From: Planctomycetota bacterium
GTDB taxonomy: Bacteria; Planctomycetota; UBA1135; UBA2386
DNA: 64,000 nt
Direction of reading: 5' to 3'
Assembly (NCBI GenBank): GCA_965223545.1
Contig: OZ245006.1
Coordinates: 4,256,001-4,320,000 of the forward strand
Under the pieces are notes generated by a model. It had not been told where the DNA came from, searched no databases, and saw nothing but the letters and a program-made list of their open reading frames with translations. Position 1 is the stretch's first letter, and each line of letters begins with the position of its first letter. The position numbers and the translations under genes were made by a program. Positions 1-9,603 of the stretch are shown piece after piece.

Positions 1-29
1 TACGCGCCGGCTGGCCAGAATCACGAGAG

Positions 30-2279
30 ATGCGCCGGTTTCTCTCGATCGCAGCCGCCGCCGCGCTGTCGGTGTCGGGCGGCATGGCGCAATCGAGCCT
101 CAACGTCGATCTGTTGGGGCGGCTCGACGGCCACCGGCGCTACAGCGATGTGTGGGGCCATGTCGGACCGAACGGTGCCGAGTACGCGCTGTTGGCGACC
201 GACACCGGCACGTCGGTCATCGACTGTTCGGTGCCGACCGCGCCGGTGGAGCGCGGCTTCTTCGCCGGACCGGTGTCGGACCTGCGCGACATCAAGGTCT
301 ACCGCAACACGGCGTACGTGGTGTCGGAGCGCGGCGGCGGCATGCAGATCATCGATCTCACCGATCCCGCCAAACCCGTCCTGGTGGGTGTGTGGGGCAC
401 GGCTTGGTTCAACCGGGCCCACAACGTCGCCGTCGATGCGGCGACCGGTTGGATCTACGCGGTGGGAACGGATGTCGGCACCGTGGTGATGGACGGCTCC
501 GCCAACCCCCGGGCGCCACTCCTGGTCGGCGTGTACGGCAGTGCTTCGGTGACCGACTACATCCACGACCTGACGTTGCACAACGGTGTCGGCCACGCGG
601 CGATGATCTGGAACGGGGTCTACCGCCTGCTCGATGTGAGCCGATGGCCGTTCTCGGTGCTGTCCGAACAGCGCACTGCCGCGGCCTTCACCCACAACTG
701 CGCGCCGCGCTCGGACGGTCGTCTGGCGGTGACCACGGACGAGCAGGAAGGCGGCCTGATTCAGCTGTGGGATGTCTCCGATCCGCGCGCGCCGGTGGCG
801 CTGTCGGTGTTCTCGCCCAACACCGCCGCGATCCCACACAACGCCTACCTGGTCGGCGATCTGTGCCACGTGTCGTGGTTCACGGAGGGCTACCGGCTCA
901 TCGATGTGTCCGATCCCACCGCGCCGCAGGAGATCGGCTTCTACGATGCGCACTCGGGCCCCAGCGGGACCTCCGAGGGCGCCTTCGGCTGCTACCCGCT
1001 GCAGCCATCGGGGTTGGTGTACGTCTCCGACCGGGACGACGGTCTCTTGGTGTTGCGGCCGCACGCGCTGCGCATCACCCACGATGCCCTGTCCGACTCC
1101 GACGACGAGGACGGCCCCTACGTCGTGCAAGCGGTGGTGCGCTCGCCGGATCCGGTCACTGCCGTGGACCTGCACTGGTCGGCGGGCGGGGTGACGGGGA
1201 CGGTCGCGGCGCAGCCGACGGGAGTGCCCGATACCTGGGCGGCGGCGATTCCCGGGCAGCGCGCTCCCGCTCGGGTCAGCTACTTCTTGACGGCCGCCGA
1301 CGGCGCGGGGGGGCAGGCTCGGTTTCCGCCGCCGCCGGCGCAGCTCGCCTTCGACGTCGGCCGGCAGATCGTGGTGTATGTCGACGACTTCGAGGGGCCG
1401 GACCGGTGGAGCCACGGCGCCACCGGCATCGACGACTGGGAGCGCGGCGCGCCGGCGGGGCTCGGCGGCACCGCGCACGTCGCCTGGTTGGATGCGGGGG
1501 CCGCGCATTCGGGCGCGTCGGCCTGGGGCACCGATCTCGGCTTGGCGGCCGGCGCCGACGGGGCACACCCCGACCGGACCAGTAGCTGGTTGCAGTCACC
1601 GCCGATCGCGACCGGCGGTGAGGCGGGCCTGCGCTTGTCGCTGTGGCGCTGGCTGAACGTCGAAGCCGCGGACCGCGCGCGGATCACCGTCAACGGGCAG
1701 GTCGTCTGGCAGAGCCCGGCGACCGCGCACACCCAGGACTTTCGCTGGCGCGAGCTCGAGCTCGACGTGAGCTCGGTGCTCGATGGCGCGACCGCCGCGA
1801 CGTTGCGGTTCGAGCTGCAAGCCGGCGCCGGCATCGAGCTCGGCGGTTGGAACTTGGACGACGTCGCGCTGTCCGCGCTCGGCGACTGCGTTCCGCCGCG
1901 GCGCTACGGCACCGCCACCGCGGGGTCGGGGGGAGTGTTGCCGCGCATCGACCTGAGTGGCTCGCCGCGGGTCGGGGCCGGCTTCTCCGTCGACGGCCTG
2001 GCCATGCGCGGCGGGGCGAACGCGGCACTGGTACTGTCGCCGCGGCCGGCCGCGCTGGCGGTGCTCGGCGCCACGCTGCTGGTCGATCCGGTCGGCGCGA
2101 CGGTCGTGCCGCGCACCGTCGCCGGCGCCGGCACCGCGCGCGTTCCGCTTTCGGTGCCCAACGATCCGCGCCTGGACGACGCCGACCTGTTCGGCCAGTG
2201 GATCGTGCTCGATGCCGGCGCTCCGGGCGGCGTTCTCGCCGCCAGCGAGGGCCTGCGCATCCGCGTCTGCCAGCGGTGA
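30..2279 (+). CDS. Secreted choice-of-anchor B family / LVIVD-repeat beta-propeller protein with C-terminal beta-sandwich domains
   Basis: Signal peptide ending GGMA-Q; motifs YSDVWG, RAHN, YIHD, FTHN, TTDE, IPHN, GAFGCYP; repeated (I/L)xD(V/L)(S/T)DP LVIVD units; DDFE...W...GWNLDDV jelly-roll-like domain. Confidence 0.8.
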   Translation: MRRFLSIAAAAALSVSGGMAQSSLNVDLLGRLDGHRRYSDVWGHVGPNGAEYALLATDTGTSVIDCSVPTAPVERGFFAGPVSDLRDIKVYRNTAYVVSERGGGMQIIDLTDPAKPVLVGVWGTAWFNRAHNVAVDAATGWIYAVGTDVGTVVMDGSANPRAPLLVGVYGSASVTDYIHDLTLHNGVGHAAMIWNGVYRLLDVSRWPFSVLSEQRTAAAFTHNCAPRSDGRLAVTTDEQEGGLIQLWDVSDPRAPVALSVFSPNTAAIPHNAYLVGDLCHVSWFTEGYRLIDVSDPTAPQEIGFYDAHSGPSGTSEGAFGCYPLQPSGLVYVSDRDDGLLVLRPHALRITHDALSDSDDEDGPYVVQAVVRSPDPVTAVDLHWSAGGVTGTVAAQPTGVPDTWAAAIPGQRAPARVSYFLTAADGAGGQARFPPPPAQLAFDVGRQIVVYVDDFEGPDRWSHGATGIDDWERGAPAGLGGTAHVAWLDAGAAHSGASAWGTDLGLAAGADGAHPDRTSSWLQSPPIATGGEAGLRLSLWRWLNVEAADRARITVNGQVVWQSPATAHTQDFRWRELELDVSSVLDGATAATLRFELQAGAGIELGGWNLDDVALSALGDCVPPRRYGTATAGSGGVLPRIDLSGSPRVGAGFSVDGLAMRGGANAALVLSPRPAALAVLGATLLVDPVGATVVPRTVAGAGTARVPLSVPNDPRLDDADLFGQWIVLDAGAPGGVLAASEGLRIRVCQR

Positions 2280-2354
2280 TCGGCTGGTAACCGTGGGCGA
2301 CCCGCGGGCCACTGAGAAGTGAGCGCTCGATGTCGAGCCGAAGGAGAACCGCGC

Positions 2355-2885
2355 ATGAGAATCGACCTTTCCGATGGCCCGCAGACCCACGACTACACTT
2401 CGGTGCCCGCGGGCACCTACGTCTGTCAGGTCGCCGACGTGCGCGCAGGGACGACCCGCGCCGGAGATCCGCGTTGGGGGCTCCGGCTGGTGGTCGCCGA
2501 GGGCGAGTTCGTCGGACGGCATGCGGCGTGGGATGGTCTGGTGTTTTCCGCGCGCGGGCGCACCCGTGTGCGGCTCGTGCTGGCTGCCTTGGGCCTGCCG
2601 AACACCGGCACGATCGACCTGGAAGTGGGGCAACTGATCGGCCGTCGCGCCCTGGTGCAAGTGCGCCCGAGTGAGTTCGAGAATCCAGCCGGCGATGTGA
2701 TCCGGCGCAACGAGGTGCCGTACGACGGGTACCGCCCCCTGCCGGAGGAGGCGTCGCCCGAAGGGGCATCGACCGGATCCGAGGAGTCGGCGGTGTCGTC
2801 GGACGCGGTGTCGCAGGCTGGAAGTCGCGATCCCGGGCAGCGCGGCGGCGACGAAGACGTCGACCCGAACGAGATCCCGTTCTGA
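2355..2885 (+). CDS. DUF669-like, SSB-like OB-fold protein with acidic DxxxxEIPF tail
   Basis: AAGGAG RBS at 2341-2346 before ATG 2355; DYTSVPAGTYVCQV N-terminus typical of DUF669; low-complexity linker; C-terminal DEDVDPNEIPF. Confidence 0.7.
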   Translation: MRIDLSDGPQTHDYTSVPAGTYVCQVADVRAGTTRAGDPRWGLRLVVAEGEFVGRHAAWDGLVFSARGRTRVRLVLAALGLPNTGTIDLEVGQLIGRRALVQVRPSEFENPAGDVIRRNEVPYDGYRPLPEEASPEGASTGSEESAVSSDAVSQAGSRDPGQRGGDEDVDPNEIPF

Positions 2886-2893
2886 GCCGAAGC

Positions 2894-2899
2894 TACGAT
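2894..2899 (+). promoter_or_regulatory. Putative -10 box (TACGAT) of a leaderless ligA transcript
   Basis: TAnnnT 6 nt upstream of GTG 2906, no SD. Confidence 0.5.
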
Positions 2900-2905
2900 G
2901 CGCGC

Positions 2906-4963
2906 GTGGATGTCCGCCGTCGCATGCGACAGCTCGCCGCGCAGATCGAGCGCGCCAACGAGCAGTACTACAACGAGGCCGCTCCCGAGCTGACGGATGC
3001 CGAGTTCGATGCTCTGTTCGCCGAGCTGCGCGCGCTCGAGGTCGAGCACCCGGAGCTCGCGCAAGAGGATTCGCCGACCCGGCGTGTCGGTGCGCCGTTG
3101 CCCAAGGGGTCGCGCTTCGAGACCGGTGCCCACCTGATGCCGATGCTGTCCATCGAATCGCTGCAGAGCGAGGAACAGGTCGCCGAGTTCGACGCGCGCG
3201 TCCGCAAGTTCTTGGAGCTCGCCGAGGACGGGCCGCCGGTGCGCTACGCGGTGGAGCCGAAGCTCGATGGGGTCAGCGCAAACTTGTTGTACGAGAACGG
3301 CGTGCTCGTCCGCGGATTGTCGCGTGGCGATGGGAGTCGCGGCGAGGACGTGACCCGCAACCTGCGCACCGTCGGCAACATCCCTTTGGCCCTGGGCGGC
3401 GAGCGCTGGCCGGCGCGCATCGAGGTGCGCGGCGAAGTGATCTTGTCGAGAGCCGCCTTCGACCGGCTGCGCGATCGGCAGGAGACGACGACGGACACGC
3501 CCTTTCGCAACGCGCGCAACTCGGTCGCCGGCACGCTCAAGTTGCTCGATCCGGCGGTGGTGGCCCGGCGCCAGCTCGACTTCATCGCCTGGGGCACGGG
3601 TCATGTCGAGGGCTTGCCGGCGGAGTCCTACGAGGAGGTGCGTGCCGCGCTGCTCGAGTACGGCTTCACGGCCGCGGACCCGTTCGCGGTGGTCGATGGG
3701 GTCGACGGTGTGGTCGCCTACCACCATGAGCTCGAGGAGCAGCGCGAGCAGTTCGACTACGAGATGGACGGCATCGTGGCGAAGGTCGCGCGCCTCGATT
3801 GGCAGCGGCAGCTCGGCCGGACGGCGCGCACTCCGCGATGGGTCTTGGCGTACAAGTTCGCCGCTCGCCAGGGCGACACGGTTGTCGTGGCGATCCGCGC
3901 CCAGGTCGGGCGGACCGGCGCGATCACTCCGGTCGCCGAGTTCGAGCCGCTGGAGCTGGCCGGGGTGACGGTGCAGCGCGCGAGCCTGCACAACTGGGGA
4001 TTGCTCGCCGAGCGCGACGTGCGGGTCGGCGATCACGTCGTGCTACAGCGCGCTGGTGACGTGATTCCGGAAGTCGTGCGCGTGCATCTCGACCGGCGTC
4101 CGGCGACGGCGGTGCGTCCCGAGCCACCCGGAGAGTGCCCGAGCTGTGGGGCGAAGCCCGAGCTCGACGGCGCGCATCTCTACTGCGTCAACCTCGACTG
4201 TCCGGCCCAGCTCAAGGGCCGCATCGTCCACCTGGCTGGTCGGCGCGCGCTCGACATCGACCGGCTGGGGCCGAAGTACGTCGATCAGCTCATGGAGGCG
4301 GGATTGCTTTCGACGTTGGAGGACGTGTTCGTCCTGCCGGGGCGGCGCGACGAGCTCCTGGCCCTGGAGCGGTGGGGAGAGCGCAGCTTTGATCGGTTGG
4401 CGGCCGAGATCGAGAAGGCCAAGCGGCCGACCTTGGCGCGCTTCCTCAACGCGCTGGGCATTCGCCGCGTCGGTGAGCAAACCGCGAAGGACTTGGCGAA
4501 TGCGCTGGAGACGCTCGACGCGGTGCGGGCCGCCGACGAGGACGATCTACTCGCGGTGGATGGAGTGGGGCCCGAGGTGGCGAAATCGATCCGCGCCTTC
4601 TTCGCGTTGCCGGCCAACCAGCGGTTCTTGGCCGAGGCCCTGGCCGCGGGCTTGCAAGTACGGGGCGCCGCCGCGCCATCCGGCGAAGGCGTGCTCACCG
4701 GTCGGGTGATCTGCTTCACCGGCGGCCTGGCGACGATGAGTCGAGACGAGGCGCGCGCGCGGGTCGAAGCGATGGGCGCGAGCACGGCCACGTCGGTCAC
4801 CAAGAAGGTGACCGACGTGGTGATCGGCGGCAAGGCGGGGTCCAAGGTCGAGAAGGCGCGCAAGCTCGGCATTCGGGTGCTCGACGAGGAGCAATTCAAA
4901 GCACTGCTCGCCGGCCGCCTGGACGTGTCCGACGCCGACCCAGCGGAGGCGCAAGGATCGTGA
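2906..4963 (+). CDS. ligA: NAD-dependent DNA ligase
   Basis: YY...DAEFD subdomain Ia, EPKLDG adenylation motif, SRGDG, FRNARN, DGIVAK, AYKF, QVGRTG OB fold, C4 zinc finger, HhH repeats, C-terminal BRCT. Confidence 0.98.
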   Translation: MDVRRRMRQLAAQIERANEQYYNEAAPELTDAEFDALFAELRALEVEHPELAQEDSPTRRVGAPLPKGSRFETGAHLMPMLSIESLQSEEQVAEFDARVRKFLELAEDGPPVRYAVEPKLDGVSANLLYENGVLVRGLSRGDGSRGEDVTRNLRTVGNIPLALGGERWPARIEVRGEVILSRAAFDRLRDRQETTTDTPFRNARNSVAGTLKLLDPAVVARRQLDFIAWGTGHVEGLPAESYEEVRAALLEYGFTAADPFAVVDGVDGVVAYHHELEEQREQFDYEMDGIVAKVARLDWQRQLGRTARTPRWVLAYKFAARQGDTVVVAIRAQVGRTGAITPVAEFEPLELAGVTVQRASLHNWGLLAERDVRVGDHVVLQRAGDVIPEVVRVHLDRRPATAVRPEPPGECPSCGAKPELDGAHLYCVNLDCPAQLKGRIVHLAGRRALDIDRLGPKYVDQLMEAGLLSTLEDVFVLPGRRDELLALERWGERSFDRLAAEIEKAKRPTLARFLNALGIRRVGEQTAKDLANALETLDAVRAADEDDLLAVDGVGPEVAKSIRAFFALPANQRFLAEALAAGLQVRGAAAPSGEGVLTGRVICFTGGLATMSRDEARARVEAMGASTATSVTKKVTDVVIGGKAGSKVEKARKLGIRVLDEEQFKALLAGRLDVSDADPAEAQGS

Positions 4964-5076
4964 GCGACCCGGCCCGCCGCTGGTTGGGGGACGTGCTCCG
5001 CGTCCTGCTGCTCGGCCTGGCCTGCGGCGTGCTCCTCTTCCTGGCCCAACTCGCCTGGGCCATCCTCCAATCCTGA
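4960..5076 (+). CDS. Small (38 aa) single-pass membrane protein, not in the ORF track
   Basis: GTGA overlap with the ligA stop; GGAGG at 4945-4949; translation MSDPARRWLGDVLRVLLLGLACGVLLFLAQLAWAILQS; GC-rich third codon positions. Confidence 0.55.
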   Translation: MSDPARRWLGDVLRVLLLGLACGVLLFLAQLAWAILQS

Positions 5077-5143
5077 ACGTACGGAGCCAGGCTCCGATTC
5101 ATCAGTTCGCCCCGCGCGACCGCGAAGCCAAGCGAGCGCCACC

Positions 5144-5866
5144 TCAAAGCTCCGCGATCTGCCGCGGGTCGGCGCCCGGCAGTCGGAGCAGGAACGCGCG
5201 CAGGTCTTCGGCGAGGGGGGCGCGCAGCGCGGTGTACTCGCCCGTGAACGGGTGGAAGAACTCGAGGTGCCATGCGTGCAGGGCCAAGCGGGGCAGGCCG
5301 AAGTGCTCGCGCAGGTAGGCGTTGATGCGGCCCTTGCCGTGCGTCGTGTCGCCGAGGACGTGGTGCGCGATGCCCTTGAGGTGTCGCCGGATCTGGTGGC
5401 GCCGGCCCGTGCGGATGCGGATCTCGACGAGCGAGTGGCGGTCGACGCGGGCGAGTCGCCGGAGCTCCGTCGTGGCTGGCTGCGGTTGACCGGACTTGCC
5501 CTTGAGCGGCCGATCGATTCGCAGCTGCTCGGGGGCGACGTCGCGCACGACGGCGAGGTAGATCTTGGCGCTGGTCGGCGAGCGCAGGGCGGAGTGGAGC
5601 GTGCGCGCGGCCTCGGCGCTGCGGCCGAAGACGAGCACGCCCGAGGCGCCCCGATCGAGGCGGTGGACCCCGAACAGTCGCTCACCGAGTTGCGCGGCCA
5701 GCAGCTGGTGCAAGGCGATGCGGTCACCGCTCATCGGCGTGCGGTGGACCAAGAGGCCCGCGGGCTTGTCGACCGCGACCAGATCGGCGTCTTGAAACAG
5801 AACCGGGATGGCCGGTGGGGGCAGCGGCTCCGGTAGAGGGGTGCTGGCATGCTGCCGGGAGTTCAT
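5144..5866 (-). CDS. RluA/TruC-family RNA pseudouridine synthase
   Basis: VDKPAGLLVH, HRLDRGASG (catalytic Asp), TGRRHQIRRHL, LGDTTHGKG, LALHA; start re-called at ATG 5866 (uncertain). Confidence 0.92.
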   Translation of the reverse strand: MNSRQHASTPLPEPLPPPAIPVLFQDADLVAVDKPAGLLVHRTPMSGDRIALHQLLAAQLGERLFGVHRLDRGASGVLVFGRSAEAARTLHSALRSPTSAKIYLAVVRDVAPEQLRIDRPLKGKSGQPQPATTELRRLARVDRHSLVEIRIRTGRRHQIRRHLKGIAHHVLGDTTHGKGRINAYLREHFGLPRLALHAWHLEFFHPFTGEYTALRAPLAEDLRAFLLRLPGADPRQIAEL

Positions 5867-5962
5867 CTGCGCTGCCGCGGCCGCCGAGCCGTCGGCGTCG
5901 CCCGGCAGGTCCGCAGTATAGCGGCCGCTGGATCGGTCGGGCCGGCCGGATAGAACGGCGGC

Positions 5963-6787
5963 ATGGGATCCGCGCTCGCCAACCAAGTTGCCATCGTCAC
6001 CGGTGGGGGATGGAACGTCGGTCGCGCGGTCGCCGAGCGGTTTGCCGCGGAGGGGGCGGCGGTCGTGGTGGCGTCGCGCACGGCGGCGCGGTTGGCCGAG
6101 ACGGTGACCGCGATCGAGACGGCAGGCGGCCGGGCGTTGGCTGTGCCGACCGACGTGACCAAGGAGGAGCAGGTCGCCGCCCTGGTCGACACCACGGTGC
6201 GGCACTTCGGCACGGTGGACGTCTTGGCCGCCTTGGCCGGCGGCGGTCTCGAGCACCGACCACTCGAAGAGGTGTCGCTCGCGCTGTGGGAGCACGTCTT
6301 CGCCGTCAACGTGCGCTCGACGTTTCTGTGTGCGCGCGCAGTGTTGCCGATTCTGCGGGCGAAGAACCGCGGCAGCATCCTCACCTGTGCCGGGGGTGGC
6401 GCCTTCTTTCCAATGCTGGGTCCAGAGTACAACGCCTACGCGTGCGCCAAGGCCGCGGTGTGCCGGTTCACCGACCAGCTGACGGCCGAGCTGTGGGAGA
6501 CGGGGATCCGCGTCAACGGGCTGACGCCAGGGAAGGTGTTGAACGCCGATCGCCTGCGGGAGATCGAGGCGGAAGAGCAGCGCACGGGCGTTGTCCATCC
6601 GGAGCGCCAGGGCAACCGTCCGCCCCACGATGCGGCCGAGCTCGCGCTGTGGCTGGTGTCGGAGCAGAGTGCACCTTTGCGCGGTCGCATCGTCTCTGTC
6701 GACGATGATTGGTGGCGCGACCCCGACGCGGTCGCACGCGTCGACGCCACCGTGCACGCCTATCGGCTGCGTCGGGCCGATCTCTGA
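5963..6787 (+). CDS. SDR family NAD(P)-dependent oxidoreductase
   Basis: VAIVTGGGWNVG nucleotide-binding motif, YACAK catalytic YxxxK, GIRVN. Confidence 0.92.
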   Translation: MGSALANQVAIVTGGGWNVGRAVAERFAAEGAAVVVASRTAARLAETVTAIETAGGRALAVPTDVTKEEQVAALVDTTVRHFGTVDVLAALAGGGLEHRPLEEVSLALWEHVFAVNVRSTFLCARAVLPILRAKNRGSILTCAGGGAFFPMLGPEYNAYACAKAAVCRFTDQLTAELWETGIRVNGLTPGKVLNADRLREIEAEEQRTGVVHPERQGNRPPHDAAELALWLVSEQSAPLRGRIVSVDDDWWRDPDAVARVDATVHAYRLRRADL

Positions 6788-6830
6788 CGATCGTCCGCGC
6801 GCAGCGCCGGTCGACTACCGGCGTGCCGGG

Positions 6831-9479
6831 TTACGGCCGGACCACCGTGCGCTGGTCGGCCTGCAGCGCGATCGGCAGGCGCCGGACTTCGGCGCCGTCC
6901 TGCAGCAACACCAGCGTGCGGGCCGCGTCACTGACGGCGAGCGGATTGGAACGTCCCCTGACGATGTCGTGCTCGAAGCTCTCGAATCGGCTCGTCCCCC
7001 TGAACTCGCTCACCTCGAGCGGCTCGTCCTGCGCGTCGAGAATCCGCAACGCGTCCGCCTCCGCCGGGTCGTTCAGCTCGACTTGGAAGTGGCACCGCCG
7101 GCCGACGACGATGCGCACGGCGTCGGCCGCGCTGATCAGTGCCGCGAGCCCGCCCTCGACATGGCGGCCCCACTCGAGCGGAACCGTGCCAGCGCCATCC
7201 AGGCGCAGGTAGGCCAGGGTGCGCGGCACATCGTGCAAGACGAATGAACCGTCCTCTTCGGTCACGGTCCCGTCGGCGCCCCAGTGGTAGGTGCCGGCGA
7301 CCTGCTCTTGTACGCGGGTGACGAACGCGTCGCACATCGGTGCGACCGACACACCGGGCACCGGTTCTCCGCGGTGGTCGACGACGGTGCCGCGCAGCTC
7401 GGCAAACAGGCCGGCCGAGGACAGCACGATGCGCGCGTTGTCGCGGCCCGCCTCGACGTCGCCGAGCTCGCTGCGCAGAAGCGTCGAAGGGTCCATCGCC
7501 TGCACGCGATAGGAGCGCGCCAGCAGCCCTTCCAGCCGAAAGCGTCCGTCGGCATCGGCTTCTACCGAACGCCAGCCCGGCTCGGCACCGGCGATCAAGT
7601 TCTCGCAGTGCATGAGCCGTGGAAACCGACCGGTGCTCGGATCGCCGAGGCCGCCGAAGAACAGTGGGTCGGCGACCCACACCATCGCACCGGGGCGCGG
7701 CTCGCCCCGCTCGTCGACAACCCGACCGGCGATCGACAGCGGGGGACCGCCGAGCCGTAGCACGATGCTGTCCGGCCAGATCGGCTTGCCGTCCGCATCG
7801 CGCCCGGCAGCCGGCAGGTGCGCGGGCAAGTGCCCGGGCTTGATCGCGCGCAACTCGCCCGCATCGACTTCGAGGTAGCGACGCGCCATTCGGTTGAATG
7901 ACTGTTCGGCGTCGAGCGCAAAGGAGAACCTTCCTTGTGTGTCGGTGGTTGTGGTGTCGATGCCCATCGCGACCGTGGCCCCGTCGACCGGCGTGCCGGC
8001 AGCGTCGACGACAAGGCCGCGCAGAGTGTCCTCGCTCCGCGCCGGATCGCCGAGCTCGAGCAGGAGGTCGCTGCGGTCGGAGGTCGGTGCCACCATGCGG
8101 TGTGGTTCGAGCCCCTCGACGCTTCCGATCAGCGTCGCGCCGTCGACCGCGGGGGCGATCAGCTCGAACGATCCATCCACGCCTGATGTGGTCCGCCACG
8201 ACAACGTGGTGGAGTCGTCGAGCACAGTGCCGATGCGCGCCCGCAGATCGCTCGGCAGAGTGATCTCGACGCTTGCACCTTCGCGGGGCGTCGCATCCGG
8301 TGCCACGACCAAGCCCGCGAGCAGCACCCGCGGCGCGGCGACGACCACCGGGGTCGCGCCGCTGTCGGCGGCGACCGGCCGCGCACCGAGCACGGTGACG
8401 TAGTCGGCGTCGTCGACGTGCAGCGCTCCGGCCGCCCCCGTCGCGAACTCGAACCACCCCTCGGCGTCGGTGGTGGCAACTGCGATGCCCGTGTCCTCGC
8501 CGGCGTCGGACTCGGCGGCGACCGGGTTGGCCCCGCTGCCACTGCGCGGTCGCACCGCGACCCCGGCGAGGGGGCGGCCCCGAACGTCGAGGACGCGGCC
8601 GCGGACCGCCGGCGAAGTCCTGGTCGCGATCGCGGCCGGCTGGTCCACGGCGGCACGCGGGGCGGACTCGACCGGGCGCCGGCCGGCAGCGCTGGCATCG
8701 GTGGGCTGGAGCGCCGCGGGTACACCGTCCTCGGATTGTGGCGGCGAGCCCGACGTGGTCCGGTCGGCGGGCGTCGAGTTGGTCGCCAATGCGAGCCAGG
8801 TGACGCCGGTGGCGGCGACCGCCAGAAAAGCGACGATGACTTTGGTGTTCATGGCGAGGATGCCGAGCGTCAACGGTGAAGCGAGACCGGGTGCAGCGAG
8901 GCACGTCGAGCCAACGGCGGGGCCGGCCGCAGCCGTGCCCAAGTCGGGGCGGAGCAGCGGGGCGAGCGCCAGCAGCCACGGCGTGTCGCGACCGTGCTGA
9001 CGCTTCAGTTGGTCGCGCAGCCGCTGCAGGCCGCGCGCCAGCCGAGTCTTGACCGTCGCCACCGGCACTCCCTGTCGGTCGGCGATCTCGGCGGGGCCGC
9101 AGCTCTCGAAGTAGCGCAGGACGATCGTCGTGCGGTAGGGCTCGTCGAGCGCCAACACGAGGGCGGCGATCGCGCGCTGGGCTTCGATGCGTTCCAGCAG
9201 GTCGTGGTCACCGCGGTCGGGGCGGGCGGCACACCGCTCGTGGTGAAGACGCCGCTGCTCGGCGCGCCGGCGGTGTGCCTGCCGGTTTCGCATCACCGTC
9301 GCGAGCCAGCCACGCACCGGCTGGCCGCCGCGCGGCGGCCGCGCCAGGGCTCGCAGCCACGTATCCTGCTCGAGGTCGTCGGCGCCGGCGGCGTCGCCGG
9401 CCAACTGCAGGGCCAGCCGGCGAACCCAGCTGGACTCGCGCAGGAGCTGTTCGGGGGGGACAGGAGTCGGATTCGCCAT
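6831..9479 (-). CDS. ECF sigma-70 factor fused via a TM helix to carboxypeptidase-regulatory-like (Ig-like) repeats
   Basis: Region 2 ADDLEQDTWLRAL/GWLATVMRN; region 4 LDEPYRTTIVLRYF...EIA...TVKTRLARG; TM segment VIVAFLAVAATGVTWLAL; repeated GRVxD..G.P..G and TD..G.F units. Confidence 0.88.
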   Translation of the reverse strand: MANPTPVPPEQLLRESSWVRRLALQLAGDAAGADDLEQDTWLRALARPPRGGQPVRGWLATVMRNRQAHRRRAEQRRLHHERCAARPDRGDHDLLERIEAQRAIAALVLALDEPYRTTIVLRYFESCGPAEIADRQGVPVATVKTRLARGLQRLRDQLKRQHGRDTPWLLALAPLLRPDLGTAAAGPAVGSTCLAAPGLASPLTLGILAMNTKVIVAFLAVAATGVTWLALATNSTPADRTTSGSPPQSEDGVPAALQPTDASAAGRRPVESAPRAAVDQPAAIATRTSPAVRGRVLDVRGRPLAGVAVRPRSGSGANPVAAESDAGEDTGIAVATTDAEGWFEFATGAAGALHVDDADYVTVLGARPVAADSGATPVVVAAPRVLLAGLVVAPDATPREGASVEITLPSDLRARIGTVLDDSTTLSWRTTSGVDGSFELIAPAVDGATLIGSVEGLEPHRMVAPTSDRSDLLLELGDPARSEDTLRGLVVDAAGTPVDGATVAMGIDTTTTDTQGRFSFALDAEQSFNRMARRYLEVDAGELRAIKPGHLPAHLPAAGRDADGKPIWPDSIVLRLGGPPLSIAGRVVDERGEPRPGAMVWVADPLFFGGLGDPSTGRFPRLMHCENLIAGAEPGWRSVEADADGRFRLEGLLARSYRVQAMDPSTLLRSELGDVEAGRDNARIVLSSAGLFAELRGTVVDHRGEPVPGVSVAPMCDAFVTRVQEQVAGTYHWGADGTVTEEDGSFVLHDVPRTLAYLRLDGAGTVPLEWGRHVEGGLAALISAADAVRIVVGRRCHFQVELNDPAEADALRILDAQDEPLEVSEFRGTSRFESFEHDIVRGRSNPLAVSDAARTLVLLQDGAEVRRLPIALQADQRTVVRP

Positions 9480-9603
9480 CGGTACGGCCAGCGGGTGGCA
9501 CACCGGCCCTTGCGCAGAGGATTCACGAAAACGCCAAAAACGTCACCCGGCCCCGGCCGGGGTCCATCTCCGCGGCAGCCGCCATAGACTGCGCGCCCGA
9601 CCG

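Noticed and set aside
2341..4963. Prophage remnant suggested by the DUF669-like gene
   Set aside because: No other phage genes, att sites or compositional shift; ligA is a normal full-length cellular enzyme
5867..6757. N-terminal extensions in the ORF track (e.g. 537-aa pseudouridine synthase, 1239-aa repeat protein, 680-aa hydrolase, 665-aa radical SAM)
   Set aside because: The extensions overlap other well-supported genes and lack domain content; starts were re-called downstream
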